Shown here: positions 50,760 through 63,334 of the stretch, in pieces
Layout of the letters: each line of letters starts with the position of its first letter
Numbering within the stretch: position 1 is the stretch's first letter
Assembly (NCBI GenBank): GCA_026770705.1
Contig: JANJGN010000010.1
Location: 39,680,001 to 39,744,000, forward strand
DNA from: Isurus oxyrinchus
Lineage: Eukaryota
Reading direction: 5' to 3'
DNA: 64,000 nt
The notes under the pieces: generated by a model
Databases searched by the model: none
What the model was told of the DNA's origin: nothing
The model's input: only the letters and a program-made list of their open reading frames with translations
Position numbers and translations under genes: made by a program

Positions 50760-53700
50760 GTTATGAGGATATGAATTAGGAGCAGGAATAGGCCACTTGG
50801 CCCTTTAAGCATGCTCTGTCATGCAGGAATGTGGAATTGAGGTTATAATGAGATCACGGTTGATCTGATTATAACCTCAATTCCACATTCCTGCCCACCC
50901 AGTTAAAACCTTTCACCCCCTTACTTATCAAGCTTCTACCTACCTCTGCCATTGAATATTCAAAGACTCTACTTCCACCACCTTTTGTGGAAGAGAATTT
51001 CAAAGATTCACAACCCTCAAAAAAATTCTCATGTGTCACAGAATTGTAACAACAAAAAAGGAGGCCATTCAGCCCATCATGTTTGCACTGATTTCCAAAT
51101 GAGCATAATAACCTAGTGCCATTGCCCTGCCTTTTCCCCTGCACATTGTTTCCATTCAAATAATCATCTAATTCCCTCCTGATTGCCTTGATTGAACCTG
51201 CCTCCACCACACTTCCACGCTGTGCATTCCAGACAAAAACCACTCATTGTGCGAAGAAGCTTTTTCTCACATCAGATTTGCTTCTTTTGCAAATCACTTC
51301 AAATCTGTGCCCTCACATTCTTGATCCTTTTATGAGTGGCAACAGCTTCTCCATATCTACTCTGTCCAGCCCCTTCATGATTTTGAACATCTTTATCAAA
51401 TCTCCTCTTAGCCGTCTTTTCTCCAAGGAGAACAGTCCCAACCTCTCCAATCTATCTTTGTAACTGAAGTTTCTCATCCCCGGAATCATTCTTGAAAACC
51501 TTTTCTACACTCTCTCTAATATGTTCACATCCTTCCTATAAGTGGTGCCCAAAATACTTCAGCTAGGTCTAACAAGTGTTTTATATAAATTCAGCATAAG
51601 CTCATTGCTCTTGTACTCTATGCCCATATTATTAAAGCCCAGGATACTATATGTTTTATTAACTGCTCTCTTCACCTGTCCTTCCACTTTCAATGATCTA
51701 TGTACATATACACCCAGATCTTTCTGCTCCTGCACCCCCTTCAAAATTTCACCCTTTATTTTATATTGTCTGTCCATGTTTTTCCTACCAAAATGCATCA
51801 CCTCACACTTCTCCGCATTGAACTTCATCTGCTACCTAGCTGCCCACTCCACCAACTTGTCTCTGTGCTTTGAAGTTCTGCACTGTCCTCGCAGTTTACA
51901 ACACTCCCAAGCTTTGTATCATCCACAAACTTTGAAACTGTCCCATGCACACCAAGATCTAATTCACTGGTATATATCAGGAAAAGCAAAGGTCCCAATA
52001 CCGACCACTGGGTAACTCCATTACAAACCTTCCTCCAGCCCGAAAAAAATCCTGAATATCCTGAATAGATGACCACTTATTTTCTGAACAGTGGCCCCTA
52101 GTACAAGATTCTCCCACAAGAGGAAACACCGTCACCACATCGACCCTGTCAAGACCCCTCAGGATGTTTTGTTTTTCAATCAAGTTGCCTCTTACTCTTC
52201 TAAACTCCAGCAAATACAAGCCTAACCTGTCCAACCTTTCCTCATGAGACACCAACCCATTCTAGGAATTAGTTGAGCAAACCTTCTCTGAACTGCTTCC
52301 AAAGCATTTATGTCCTCCCTTAAATAAGGAGACCAATACTGTACACAGTGCTCCAGTTGTGGTCTCACCAATACCCTGTACAACTGAAGCATAATCTCCC
52401 TACCTTTGCATTCCAATTCCCCTTGCAATAAACTGTAACATTCTATTAATTTTCCTATTTACTTGCTGTAGCTGCATATTAGTCTTTTGTGATTCATGCA
52501 CTAGGACCCCTAGATCGCTCTGCAATCTTTCAACATTTGGATAATATGCTTTTTTATTTTTCTGCCAAAATGGACAATTTCACACTTTCCAACATTTTAT
52601 TCCATTCCATTTGCCAGGTCTTTGCCTGCTTACTTAACATATCTATATCCCTTTGCCGTTTCCTTGTATCCTCTTCACATCTTGCTATCCTATCTATTTT
52701 TGTGTCATCAGCAAATTTAGCAACCATATCTTCGGCCCATTCATCCAAGTGATTTATATAAATTGTAAAAAGTCGAGGCACCAGCAATGATCCCTCTGCC
52801 ACACCACTCATTGCATCCAGCCAACTAGAAAAAAAAACTGATTTATGCCTACCTTCTGTTTCCTGTTAGCTAGCCAATCTTCTATCTGCTCCACACCATA
52901 AGCTTTTATTTTTCACAATAACATTGAAAGTGGCACTTTATCAAATGCCTTCTGGAAATCTAAATACAGTATGTCCTCCGGTTCCCCTTTTTTCGCAGTG
53001 TATGTTACTTTATCAAAGGACTCCAATAAGCTGGTTAAACATGGTTTGCTTGTCACAAAACCATGTTGACTCTGCCTGATTACCCTGAGTTTATCGAAAT
53101 ACCCTGCTATAACATCTTTAATAATTGCTTCTAAGATTTTCCCTAAGACAGATGTTAAGCCTGTAGTTCCAGGTTTTCTGTCTCCCTTTTTGAATAAAGG
53201 AGTTACATTTGCTATTTTCCAATCTAATTGAAGTTTTCGTGAATTTAGGGGATATTGGAAAATTAAAACCAACGCATCAACTATCTCACTAGCCACTTCT
53301 TTTAAGACCCTAGAATGAAGTCCATCAGAACCGGGGGACTTTCGGTCTGCAGCACTAACAGTTTTCACAGTGCCACTATCCTAGTGATTGTAATTTCCTC
53401 TCTCCTTTCCATTTCCCGATTTACAGCTATTTCTGGGATGGTACTTATATCCTCCGTGGTGAAGACCAATACAAAATACCAGTTCAGTTCATCTGCCAGC
53501 TCCTTATTTTCCATCATTAATTCACCAGACTCTTTTTCTATGGAATCAACACTCACTTTGTTAACCATTAACTCTTTTCTTTATTAAATTTCTATAGAAA
53601 CTCTGACTATCTGTCTTTATATTTCTAGCTAGCTTTCTCTCATCTTCTAATTTTTCCTTCCTTTTCAACCTTTTGGTCATTCTTTGCTATTTTTTTATAT

Positions 53701-55580
53701 TCTGTCCACTCTTCTGACCTGCCATCCACCTTTGCTCAATTATATGATTTATCTTTAAGTTTGGTGACTATCTTTAACTTTTTTAGGTAACCATTGATAG
53801 AGTCCTCCCCTTGGAATTATTCTCTCATTGGAATATATCTATTCTGTAAATTCTGAAATATCCTCTTAAATATCTGTCACTACATCTATATTGACCTATT
53901 CCTTCATCTAATTTGCCAGTTCACTTGAGCTAGCTGTGCTTTCATGCCCTCATAACTTCCCTTATTTAAGTTTAAAATATTAGCCTTGGATCCAGTCTTC
54001 TCTCCCTCAAACTGAATGTAAAATTCAATATTATGATTGTTACTACCTTGGGGCACCTTCAATATGAAGTCATTAATTAATCTGATCATGTTGCAAAATA
54101 CCAGCTTTAGTATAGTTGGCTCTTTGGTTGGCGCCAGAATGTGCTGTTCTAAGAAATTATCCCGAAAACATTCTCTAACTTCCTCATCTAGGCTACCTTT
54201 ACCTATCTGATTTTCCCAGTCTATATGCAGATTAAATTCCACTATGATTATTGTCATTTCTTTCTGATAACCTCCCATTATTTCTTCCTTTATACCCCAT
54301 TCTACTGTGTGGTTACTGTTAGGGGGCCTGTACTCCACTCCCACATGTAACTTCTTGCCTTTATCATTTTTCATCTTTACGCAGATCATTTATACATCCT
54401 GAACTCCTGGACTTAGGTCATGCCTCTCTATTGTGCTAATAGCATCATTATTAAACAGAGCCGCCCCTTCACCTTTTCCTAGCTTCCTGTCCCTCCTAAA
54501 TGTCACATACCTTCAATATTCAGATCCCAATCTATATAATCCTTCTATAATGTCTCTGTAATGGGTTTCAGATCGTACTTATTTATTTCTATTTGCGCTC
54601 TCAGTTCATCTGTTTTGCTTCAAATGCCAAGTGCATTCAGATACAGAGCCTTTAGTTTTGTCCTTTTACTATTTTTGTAACCTCTAGCCTTATCGGCTGA
54701 CTTACTCCTAGATTTGTACTCTATGTACTCTCTGTACCTTCTTGTTATGGTCTGGTTATCATTTCTCACATTAATACCTTTCTCTCATCTTTTCTCTGCA
54801 CTTTGATTTACCATATCTTGCCAAATTTGATCCTTTGATCCTGCTATTTAGTTTAAAGACCTCTCTACTTCCCTAGTTATGAGGCTTGCTAGAACACTGG
54901 TCCCAGCACTGTTCTGGTGCAGACCCTCCCAACGGAAAAACCCCACTTTCCCCAATACTGGTGCCAACACCCCATGACCTGGAACCCACTTCTCTCACAC
55001 GTCTTTGAGCCACATATTCATCTCTCTAATTTTATTTATCCTATGACAATTTGCATGTGGCTCAGGTAATAATCCAGAGATTATTACCTTTTGAGGTTCT
55101 GCTTTTTAATTTGGTGCCTAGCTCCTCATACTGTCTATGCAGAACCTCTTTCCTAGTTCTACCCATGTTGTTGGTACCTCAACGGACCACAATTACTAGA
55201 TCCTCCCCATCCCACTGCAAGTTCCTCTCCAGCCCTCAGTGCATATCCAAACCTTGGCAACGAGCAGGCAATGCAGCTGTCTGGATTCTTGCTCTTTGCT
55301 ATAGAGAACAATGTCAATCCCTCTTACTATACTGTCACCTACTACCACTACATTCCATTTTGCTTCCCCCACTTGCATGGCTTCCTGTACCCCGGCGCCA
55401 TGGTCAGTTTGTTCATCCACCCTTCAGCCCCCTCACTCATCCAAACAAGCCAAGAGAGCCTCAAACCTATTGGACAATTGCAAAGGCCGAGATTCCTCCC
55501 CTCTGGGTTCCCTTACCTGCCTCGCTCACAGTCATCCCAACCTGTCCCTGACCAAATCAGAAGACCCTATCCTAAGTGGT
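50760..55580 (-). mobile_element. Near full-length CR1 LINE (ORF1 esterase plus APE-RT) with a second CR1 (about 51035-52055) nested inside
   Basis: ORF1 VVVVGDSIVRGID, APE GVEYRPPNS, RT YLDFQKAFDKVP and KFADDTK; two CR1 tails. Confidence 0.85.
50823..50894. repeat. Hairpin with 34-bp arms (1 mismatch, 4-nt loop)
   Basis: gcaggaatgtggaattgaggttataatgagatca-cggt-tgatctgattataacctcaattccacattcctgc. Confidence 0.9.
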
Positions 55581-58097
55581 GTGATTTGGACAGGCTTTAC
55601 AAGAAAGATGATTTGCTGGAAGCTGATGAAGTGTAGCCAACTTTTGATGTCAGTCAGTCCATGGAAGAGTATATTATGGACTTTGATAGGTGGTACAAGA
55701 GACTGACAAAGTTTGACCTAGAAATGATGGAGTCTGTGCTTACATTCAAGTTACTGGATTGTGCACAGATTTCACACATAGATCGACTTCTGGTATCTTG
55801 GGGGTTCAGTTTCATGGAAAAACTCTCTTAGACCAAATGTCTGCTGCCCTGAAAAAAATTTTGGGAAAGCAGACTTTCCAAATACTTTCAAAGCAAATAC
55901 AGGCAACAGTCTGACTAGACTACACAGTAAAATGGAGAATGCAGAACCATCATGACACAATAGTAGAAGCAGAATTATATATGACCAAGAAGGTTTTATA
56001 ACAGAGAACAAATTAGGAAATAAAACTATACAGGAGACTTAACAGAGAGAGAGCGCGAGTTTGGCGTGTAGTCAGAGGTCCCAAATAGGGGTCAGCCAAC
56101 ACTATTGCATTATCTACATCGAAAACGTCCTATCAGATGGAGCTTAAAGCCAAGGCTAGGTTAGTAGCCTGATGTTTTGAAGAATGTTTAGCAGATAGAG
56201 CTCAGAGTGGACTCGACCACAGCAGGAAAGGTAATGCTCTTTTTGCAATGTTTACTTGGGAATGCAGGGGATCACCTCCAGGGGGATGTTTTCAAACCTC
56301 CTCAGGAGGCACCAGATGTAGAGGGAAAATTTTGGAAGCATTGTTCAAATAGATACACTTATTTAAATACCATAGATACACTAATTTAACTTACAGAGTA
56401 CCATGGTGGAAAAGAAAGAACCATGGTGTGAGAGAGAGCGAGAAATTGTTTCGCCAAAAGGAACACTTCTAATGAGAAATTATTAGGAGTATTATAAGAG
56501 GGCCAATTAAAGATGTGAGTCTTAAATGTGAGTTATGTCTTCAGTTGATTTTGTCTACAAAAAATGCATTTAAGTTTCTTTAAGAAAGGAATCTGTTAAT
56601 GTTGGAATCATGCTACAATGGAGTGCATGCTTTCTTGTAATTGAGAGCAGCTGCCACCAATTGGGGTAAGATTAGGGAATTATTCCGAGTGTATAAAAAG
56701 CTTTTTGTACCAGGAATAGGGGAAGATACATGCTCTCCTGCAAACTGCTCAGTTTCCAACATAAAAAGAGGAAAGGATGCAGGCGGGCCAAATTTCTCAG
56801 GCAGCCTACAACAGATCCACCTTAGAACTGTTCTGCCTTCAGGAAACTGTTCATACTGGCATAAAATCCAGCCTACTCACACCACCTTGTTACTTAGATG
56901 GCACCTAGGAAAACCGCTAAAACTGTGGTTGCATTGAAGTTGCATGTACAGACATTGTCCATGGCAAAATTTGAAAAGGGATTTGATTAGATGGCACGAA
57001 GAAAAACTATTAGTTAACGCATTCAGCAAAAAGTTGTGGGGTAAAATGCGCACAAGAGGGTTGTGCAATGACCAGATGTGGTAGATATGAGAGCCTCTTG
57101 CCTCAATATAGCAGAAATATGTTCTGCATGAGGGAAATGGTTGTGCTCTATTTCATCCTCAAGCCTCTGCTGCTGTTCCTTCTCTTCCTCAAGTAAATGC
57201 AGAAAAGGTCATCTCATTCCGTATCCTCAAGTGTGGATTACTATTGGGGAGATGTCATGGGCTTCCAGTGCAACCTCACCAACCCAATTTCCTTTCCCGT
57301 CCAGGGAGCATACTGACGTAGAAATCTATGTTATGTCTTAGCTGAAGGTAGGGGCTCATGGTGAAATGGCAGAGAGTGAAGCATTAGGAACAGCAAACAA
57401 AAATACTAAATTACTGAAGAAATAAGGATTTTGCAAGGCCTTAATTATGTGTTTGGTCTTTCAAATATGTTTTTGTCTTTTCCCCAGCATCCTAGTATTG
57501 TCCAATAGTGCCCATTGTATATGGGCATCTTTAGAACTCAATGTAAATAAGGCAGTAATGATGGAAAATGGGATGCAGGATGTGGTCATATTATTATGGC
57601 CTTATTTTAAAAGGATTACCCATTTAGGGTGGATACTTCTGCCATAAACAGACCTAAAAAGGAATATCTGGGTTATTCTGTATAATAAACTGAAATGACA
57701 CGTTGACATCACTACGGATTACATCAAACACACACAAAACAGGAACTTCTCAAAATCTTCACTTTACCTTCACCACTGTGTATGTTTTCATAAAGCACAT
57801 CTTCATCTTTAACACCTGAACATAGAAACAACCTAGTTAAATTCAACACTGGTCAAATTAAATTAAGACTTACAACGTTAGAGTATTAAGTAACTCTCCA
57901 ATGGTATTGCAACAAAATGAAGTCACCAAAATTAACTATTCTCAGCGGTGAAAAAACATTGTTTATTGAATATAAAGTTTCAATGTCAAATACACATTCA
58001 AATGCATGCTTCGAGCTCAACAAAAACATCAACTTTACAATGACAATTGTAATGAAATGCTTTGTTCCAAATCCAACTCCAATAAAACAACACTCAC

Positions 58098-58409
58098 CTT
58101 TAAGGGATAATATGAATTTTTCCTCCTGAATTTCTTTTGTTGCTAAGTGAAGCACCGAACATCTGATCAAACTCGCATGATCCTTCTCAGCTACAATAAA
58201 TGTTAAGCTTGACTCTGATGAAAAAAGACCATCATCAGCAATCTTAGGCAGACTGTTAGTCACTCCTGTACAAGGTGCCCCATTTTTAAACCACTTTACT
58301 TGCACAGCAGCAGGAGCATAGTTTGTCAATGAGCTACTGAATGTGATAGGCTGATTAACTTCAGGCAGTTTTGGATCAACTTTAATTGGAGACAAGGTAG
58401 GAGAATAAG
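58098..58409 (-). CDS. Gene B internal exon, C1-like Ig domain (B-strand Cys replaced by Ser)
   Basis: ctttcag|CT acceptor, G|gtgagt donor, 312 nt. ITFSSSLTNYAP..WFKNG..DGLFSSESSL..IRCSVLH. Confidence 0.85.
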
Positions 58410-58674
58410 CTGAAAGACAAATAAAAAGGTTCATGAATGTTTAGTTATTGAAGCCAGCTGATTAATTTCTGAATATAAAAAGAAAATAAAGGGTGCTTTT
58501 CTAGTCTGAATTATACACAAATTTATGAAAGAAAATTTAAGATCTCATGAGTTTGCTCAAAAGTTACTATTAGAATTTTTCTAATATTTTCTATAGACAA
58601 ACAACTTACATAGTTACAGAAAAGACTTTTTGAAAACAGCACTGATCTTAAAGTGAAGATGGTGCTGGTGTATT

Positions 58675-58790
58675 TTTTTATTCATTCACGGGCTGTGGGC
58701 TTCGCTGGCTGGGCCAGCATTTATTGCCCATCCCTAGTTGCCCTTGAGAAGCTGGTGGTGAGCTGCCCTCTTGAGCCGCTGCAGTCCATT
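58675..58790 (-). mobile_element. LINE family 2 3' end fragment
   Basis: Family tail sequence. Confidence 0.7.
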
Positions 58791-59424
58791 GGTTTACTAC
58801 ATTAAAGCAGCATGTAGTAACAGATACTTTGACAAATGGATATCAAAGGGACGTCCCAAAAATGGTCACTGAATTAATGGTCAGGCAGGAAGTAGTGTCA
58901 GACAGAAGGGAAATAAAACAAATTCAAAAATCATAATTATAGTAATTTGATCCAAACCCTATTAGGATGATTAGGATAATAAAAGTTAAATATTTTTAGC
59001 AAACCGAAGAACTGATGTCTTCAGGTAAGAAAAGCTTCCGAACTAGTGAGAATTAGCTCCAATAAATGAAATTACTTTAAAAGATACATTTATTTGGAAT
59101 CTGTTTTTACAGTGAATATAATGATCTTAAATCAAATATCCTTCCTTTAAGTAACTTCAATTGAAGTTTTCCTTCTCCAATTTATCGAATTTCAATTTGC
59201 TCACAATCATTTAATGTGAAATGACTCCTAAATGTGTCTCCCCATAAGCATCTCCCCTCCCCCATCACCACCACCCAGCACATTGCACTACCTCTAGTAT
59301 CTAGTCAAATTCTTCCAGGTTATTTCTGGGTGACCTAGTGAAGTATATTCACTTAATCACAAATATTTAAATATGAAGTGGAACTTTTCAAACTTGTGGA
59401 GAGAAGCATCAGGGTAAAACCTAC

Positions 59425-59736
59425 CTTGAAGTGTTAGAACTGTCTGCTTTGTAACTGGAGTTTTTAAATTAACATGCTCCACACGGAAGGAAAATTCTTC
59501 TTCAAAATCTAGTGCAGTTGGAGTTACTTGCAATCGGGAAGTCAACCGATAAGTTCTATTGTTCTCCATCACAGGTCCTTTAACCGTAATCCCTTCGACT
59601 ATCCGGTTTCCATTTTTTAGCCAAGCTGTATCAATGGCTTGTGGGTAAAAGTTAGTGACGTTGCAGATCAAAGCAAGATCTCTACCATACGTGGCTTCTG
59701 GTGGGTCAAGTTTGATATCTTCAACAGATGGAACTC
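59425..59736 (-). CDS. Gene B internal exon, C1-like Ig domain (F-strand Cys lost)
   Basis: ttttacag|GA acceptor, G|gtaggt donor, 312 nt. LICNVTNFYPQAIDTAWLKNG..NRTYRLTSRL..FSFRVEH. Confidence 0.85.
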
Positions 59737-60179
59737 CTGTAAAAGTTGCATGAATCCACAGTTGATTACTCTACCAAATAGCCATCATGTTGAAGGATCA
59801 AAAAGGAGATTCAAAAGATCTATCTTTTCCCCCCAAATGTTGAATGTTTAAACAAGGGCAGTCATCAAATCTTTCATTGTGCAAGTTAGACCTTTATCAA
59901 AGATAACGACAACTTAAAAAACCCTTTACCTTACAGAACATTTATGCTACTGATTTGATAATCACAGCCATGTTGGAATAGCACAATTTAGGGCCAATGC
60001 AGCCACAGAAAGGAACTTGGAGGTCACAGACAAACAAGGAATGTAATGTGAGGTGGCACTGTTCCTGAAGGTTAGGCTGATCTCAAAGAGGTAGCACAAG
60101 CCTGTGGCTCCAATGGCAAAGTTATCATCATCCCCAAAATAAAAGCAATGCTAGCATCCTGTTAGAAATAGCTATGTAG

Positions 60180-60525
60180 GGAGAGGAGGTGTCATAGTGG
60201 TATTGTCACTAGACTAGTATTCCAAAGACCCAGGGTAATGCTCTGGGGACTCGGGTTCAAATTCCACCATGGCAGATGATGAAATTGGAATTCAATAAAA
60301 ATCTGCAACTAAAAGTTTGATGATGACCACCATGAAACCATTGCTGATTGTTGTAAAAACCCATCTGGTTCACTAATGCCTTTTAGAGAAAGTATTTTCT
60401 GCTTTCCTTGCCTGGTTTGGCCTACATGTCACTCCAGACCCAGAGCAATGTGGTTGACTCTTAAATGCCCTCTGAACAAGGGCAACTAGAGATGGGCAAT
60501 AAATGCTGAACGGAAAATAAAAAAT
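60180..60525 (+). mobile_element. tRNA-derived SINE sharing both ends with LINE family 2
   Basis: A box tgtcatagtgg (60190-60200), B box ggttcaaattcc (60254-60265), and LINE-type tail gatgggcaataaatgctg. Confidence 0.8.
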
Positions 60526-61119
60526 GTTTTTGGCCACTAATAGAGTACATATTTGAAGACCTTACAGCTGCATGTAAAGTTTTATTTAATGCAAGCTTAT
60601 TGCACTGCAGAACTGATTCAGGAGTCATTCCAGTTACGTTAGTGTAATATTTGTAAAACCAAGTTGATTCTCAACAATTATTGCTATGCCATCAACTTAG
60701 TCCAGGCTTGTCCAACCTGTGGCCCCTGGGCCGCACTGCAGTCTGCGAAGACCCCCAATGTGGCCCCCGGAACGACTGTTGAAAATGCCAGCTCAGTACA
60801 TTTGAAGATTTCTTCAGGAGCCTGCTCCTCCTATCAAAGCCTGCTTTTCTCCTGCGTTTGCTGCTGATAGGCAACAGCAAGTATTTGAAGATAGAGAGAC
60901 ACACTTTGGAGCACATGTTCACCACGCTTTCCCCAGGCTATTGGTGCTTTAGCCCAGCTCCGTTCCTCTGGCTCTCCCCCAGTACTCCCTGCATCCCACC
61001 AGTTCTCCCCTGGCCCTCCACATTTGGGCACCGCTAGGCCTCAGACTTTGCTCCAGCTCATATCACACCTACCCCTGCCACCAAGCCAAGTTCATGAGTG
61101 ATGGTAAGTGAGCATAAGG

Positions 61120-61480
61120 GTGAGTCAGCGAGTGAGTGAGGGAGTGAGTGCAGATGAGTGTGTGTTTGTGGTTGAGTGTGTATGTGTGCATGCCCACACG
61201 CGAGACAGAGGGGGAGCGCACACGCGAGAGGGAGCGCACATGGGAGCGAGGGAGGGAGGGGGAGCGCGCGCGCAAGGGAGGGGGAGCGCGTGTGCGAGGG
61301 AGGGAGGGGGACCATGCGTGCGCCAGAGGGAGGGGGAGTGCACGTGCGCGAGGGAGGTGGGAGGGGGAGCGCACGCCAGAGGGAGGGGGAGCGCCGCAAG
61401 AGGGAGAGAAAGGGTGACAGAAAGGGTGAGCGCACGTGCCTGCGCATGAGCGAGAGAGAGCGAGAGAGGGGGGGACAGGG
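61120..61480. repeat. G/A-rich, CpG-rich imperfect tandem repeat (gaggggggagcgcacgcgc-like units), possibly inside a hAT-like element starting near 60703
   Basis: Low-complexity repeated units; ccaggcttgtccaacctgtggccc resembles a hAT terminus. Confidence 0.7.
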
Positions 61481-61737
61481 CTGATAAGGAGCAGACAGTG
61501 TGTGTCTGGCTCCCAGCTGCAGGGTTCTCATTCACCCTCACCTCCGCCCACCAACTGGCACTCTCACAGGGGATGAAGGTGAATGAGTGAGCACCCTGAG
61601 ACTCGGAGACTGAGTCGCTTCTATTAAAACATGTCATTTTAATGAATTGGAAACATATCTGGCCGTTTCCAAATAACCTATTCAATATTCTACAATTGTT
61701 ACTGTGAAGTTGCACTTCTTGTTGAAATGAGACTTAC

Positions 61738-62058
61738 CCATTATTTTCAAAATATGACTGGATGAGACAGGTTTGTTTGAAGTTGCAGAGTGAAGGATTT
61801 GCATTTTGAACTCTTTTCCATGGTCCTGATAAGTTGGAATGAATGTCCTTTTGGACCATTGATAGTACGAATCAGTTGTTTTATCAAACTGGACTTCAGA
61901 TGTTTCAACTCCATCCATGGTTTTAACAAACCCTTCGAACCAGAATATTTGATTGTCTTTTGGAAAGAAGCTGTGTGCTTTGCAGGAAAGTTGTACAGAT
62001 TTTCCCACTTCTGGGTGTACAGGATCTGCTGTAACTTCTGTTACCTTTGGCATTGACA
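61738..62058 (-). CDS. Gene B internal exon, C1-like Ig domain (F-strand Cys lost)
   Basis: gtgcag|TG acceptor, G|gtaagt donor, 321 nt. QLSCKAHSFFP..FWF..EFKMQILHSA. Confidence 0.85.
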
Positions 62059-62489
62059 CTGCACACAATCAACATAAACAGTGTTAATAAGACTGCATAA
62101 CTGAAAGAACACCAAAATATTTTAAAAAGACTAGTGCATCTTGACAAATTGTCAAACATCAATTTCTTCAATAAAAAGTATCCTTTTTCTCTGCCGCTGT
62201 TTTTCCTCGCACCCTGTTACAGGCCACAATTGCTCCCATATCTCTCGGAAATTTCCACTCACTGTCTGTGAGATTGAACATTGAATACTCGGAGGCTATT
62301 CAAGCCTAGCCTTGCATTCAACAGGGAATCATTAGAAAGTGATAATTCATCAAGTCCATGGAAGCGGGGGTGGGGGTTTTGGGGGGGGGGGTGGCCCAAG
62401 GCAGATTGTAGCACTCCACCAATACCTCAGCTGGGATCAGATAACTCAGGGATTGGACTTGTAACCTTACAGTTTTAAATCACTAGTTA

Positions 62490-62885
62490 AGCCCCAGTTG
62501 GAGTATTGCATTCAATTCTGGGCACCATACAGTGGGAAGGATGTTTAGGGGCACGGGCGAGATTTACCATAGTGGCACCAGGGATTGAGAGGTTTCCATT
62601 ATGTGGAGGGGCTGGAGAAGCTGCAACTGTTCTGCTCAGAACACAGAAGGTTAAGAAAGGATTTGACAAAAGGTGTTTACAGTCATGAGCTGCCTTAGGG
62701 TGTCGTGGAGGCAGAATCAATCGTGGCTTTCAAAAATGAATTGAAAAATTATCTGAAGATAAAAAAAATTGGAGGACTAATGGAAAAGATGGGGGAGTGA
62801 GAATAGCTGAGTTGCCCCAGCAGAAACCGGCACAGACATGACAGGCTGAATGGCCTCCCTGCTGGAGCCATTCTATGGTTCTACT
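62490..62885 (+). mobile_element. Degenerate CR1 3' fragment
   Basis: PQLEYCIQFWAPY remnant and CR1 tail. Confidence 0.65.
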
Positions 62886-63019
62886 TCTCAGTTGTTCAGG
62901 CCGAAGTTGGGTGACATGTTCTCCCAATGGGCTAACAGAGAGCTGCAAACAATCCTTTCCAACACCATTCACCTTGGTTCACTTGTACTACCTTTTGCCT
63001 CTGAAGAAGGCCTAGTTTC

Positions 63020-63320
63020 TACTGCTGCTCCAGGACTTGAAGTAATTTGCAGTGTTAGGTCAGCACAATACAAAAACAGTACTGCAGCACTGAAAGCAGC
63101 TGGATCCACCTCTTCAGGTGGACATAAAAGATCTCATTGAACTTTTTCCAAGAGTAAGGGATTCTCCTGGGCTAGCCAACATTTCACCCTCAAACAAACT
63201 CAGCAAAAAAACAAATTAACAGGTTGTTCCTCACATCGTTGTTGGTGGGACACTGCTTTGTACAAATTGCCCTGTTTGCCTACAAAACCACAGACAACAT
63301 TCCAAAAAGAATTCATTAAC
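63020..63320 (+). mobile_element. DeuSINE-like fragment
   Basis: tcaggtggacataaaagatctcattg..ggctagccaacatttcaccctcaa resembles the Deu core. Confidence 0.55.
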
Positions 63321-63334
63321 ATCATGGAATCGTC

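Larger units (their letters stand above)
50170..56700 (+). mobile_element. Copia-type LTR retrotransposon remnant, interrupted by nested CR1s
   Basis: Direct repeats at 50170-50275 and 56594-56699. 5' LTR ends ..TAACA at 50404. A purine tract precedes TGTT at 56594. Gag-like MEEYIMDFDRWYKRL..VLTFKLL near 55660 and Copia RT motif KARLVA*CFEE..RVDS near 56150. Confidence 0.7.
49034..62058 (-). other. Gene B (5'-incomplete): paralogous multi-C1 Ig protein, last four exons
   Basis: Four phase-1 exons (61738-62058, 59425-59736, 58098-58409, 49034-49338) join in frame and end in TGA. The domain style matches the post-TM exons of gene A. Confidence 0.8.

Noticed and set aside
60180-60270. Functional tRNA gene
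   Set aside because: A and B boxes are present but there is no clean cloverleaf, and the sequence continues into a SINE body and LINE tail.
61058-61715. Long overlapping ORFs in several frames
   Set aside because: These are by-products of a GC-rich low-complexity repeat that lacks stop codons.
3306-62058. Rearranging antigen receptor locus (IgW, IgNAR or TCR constant exons)
   Set aside because: The V exon is complete and germline-joined with its own splice donor. I saw no RSS or J (F/WGxG) segments, the TM lacks the antigen-receptor motif, and the C1 exons follow the TM.
3306-62058. All Ig exons belong to one gene
   Set aside because: An in-frame stop at 49034 and a separate CpG promoter with a signal-peptide exon at 32429-32504 separate the two units.
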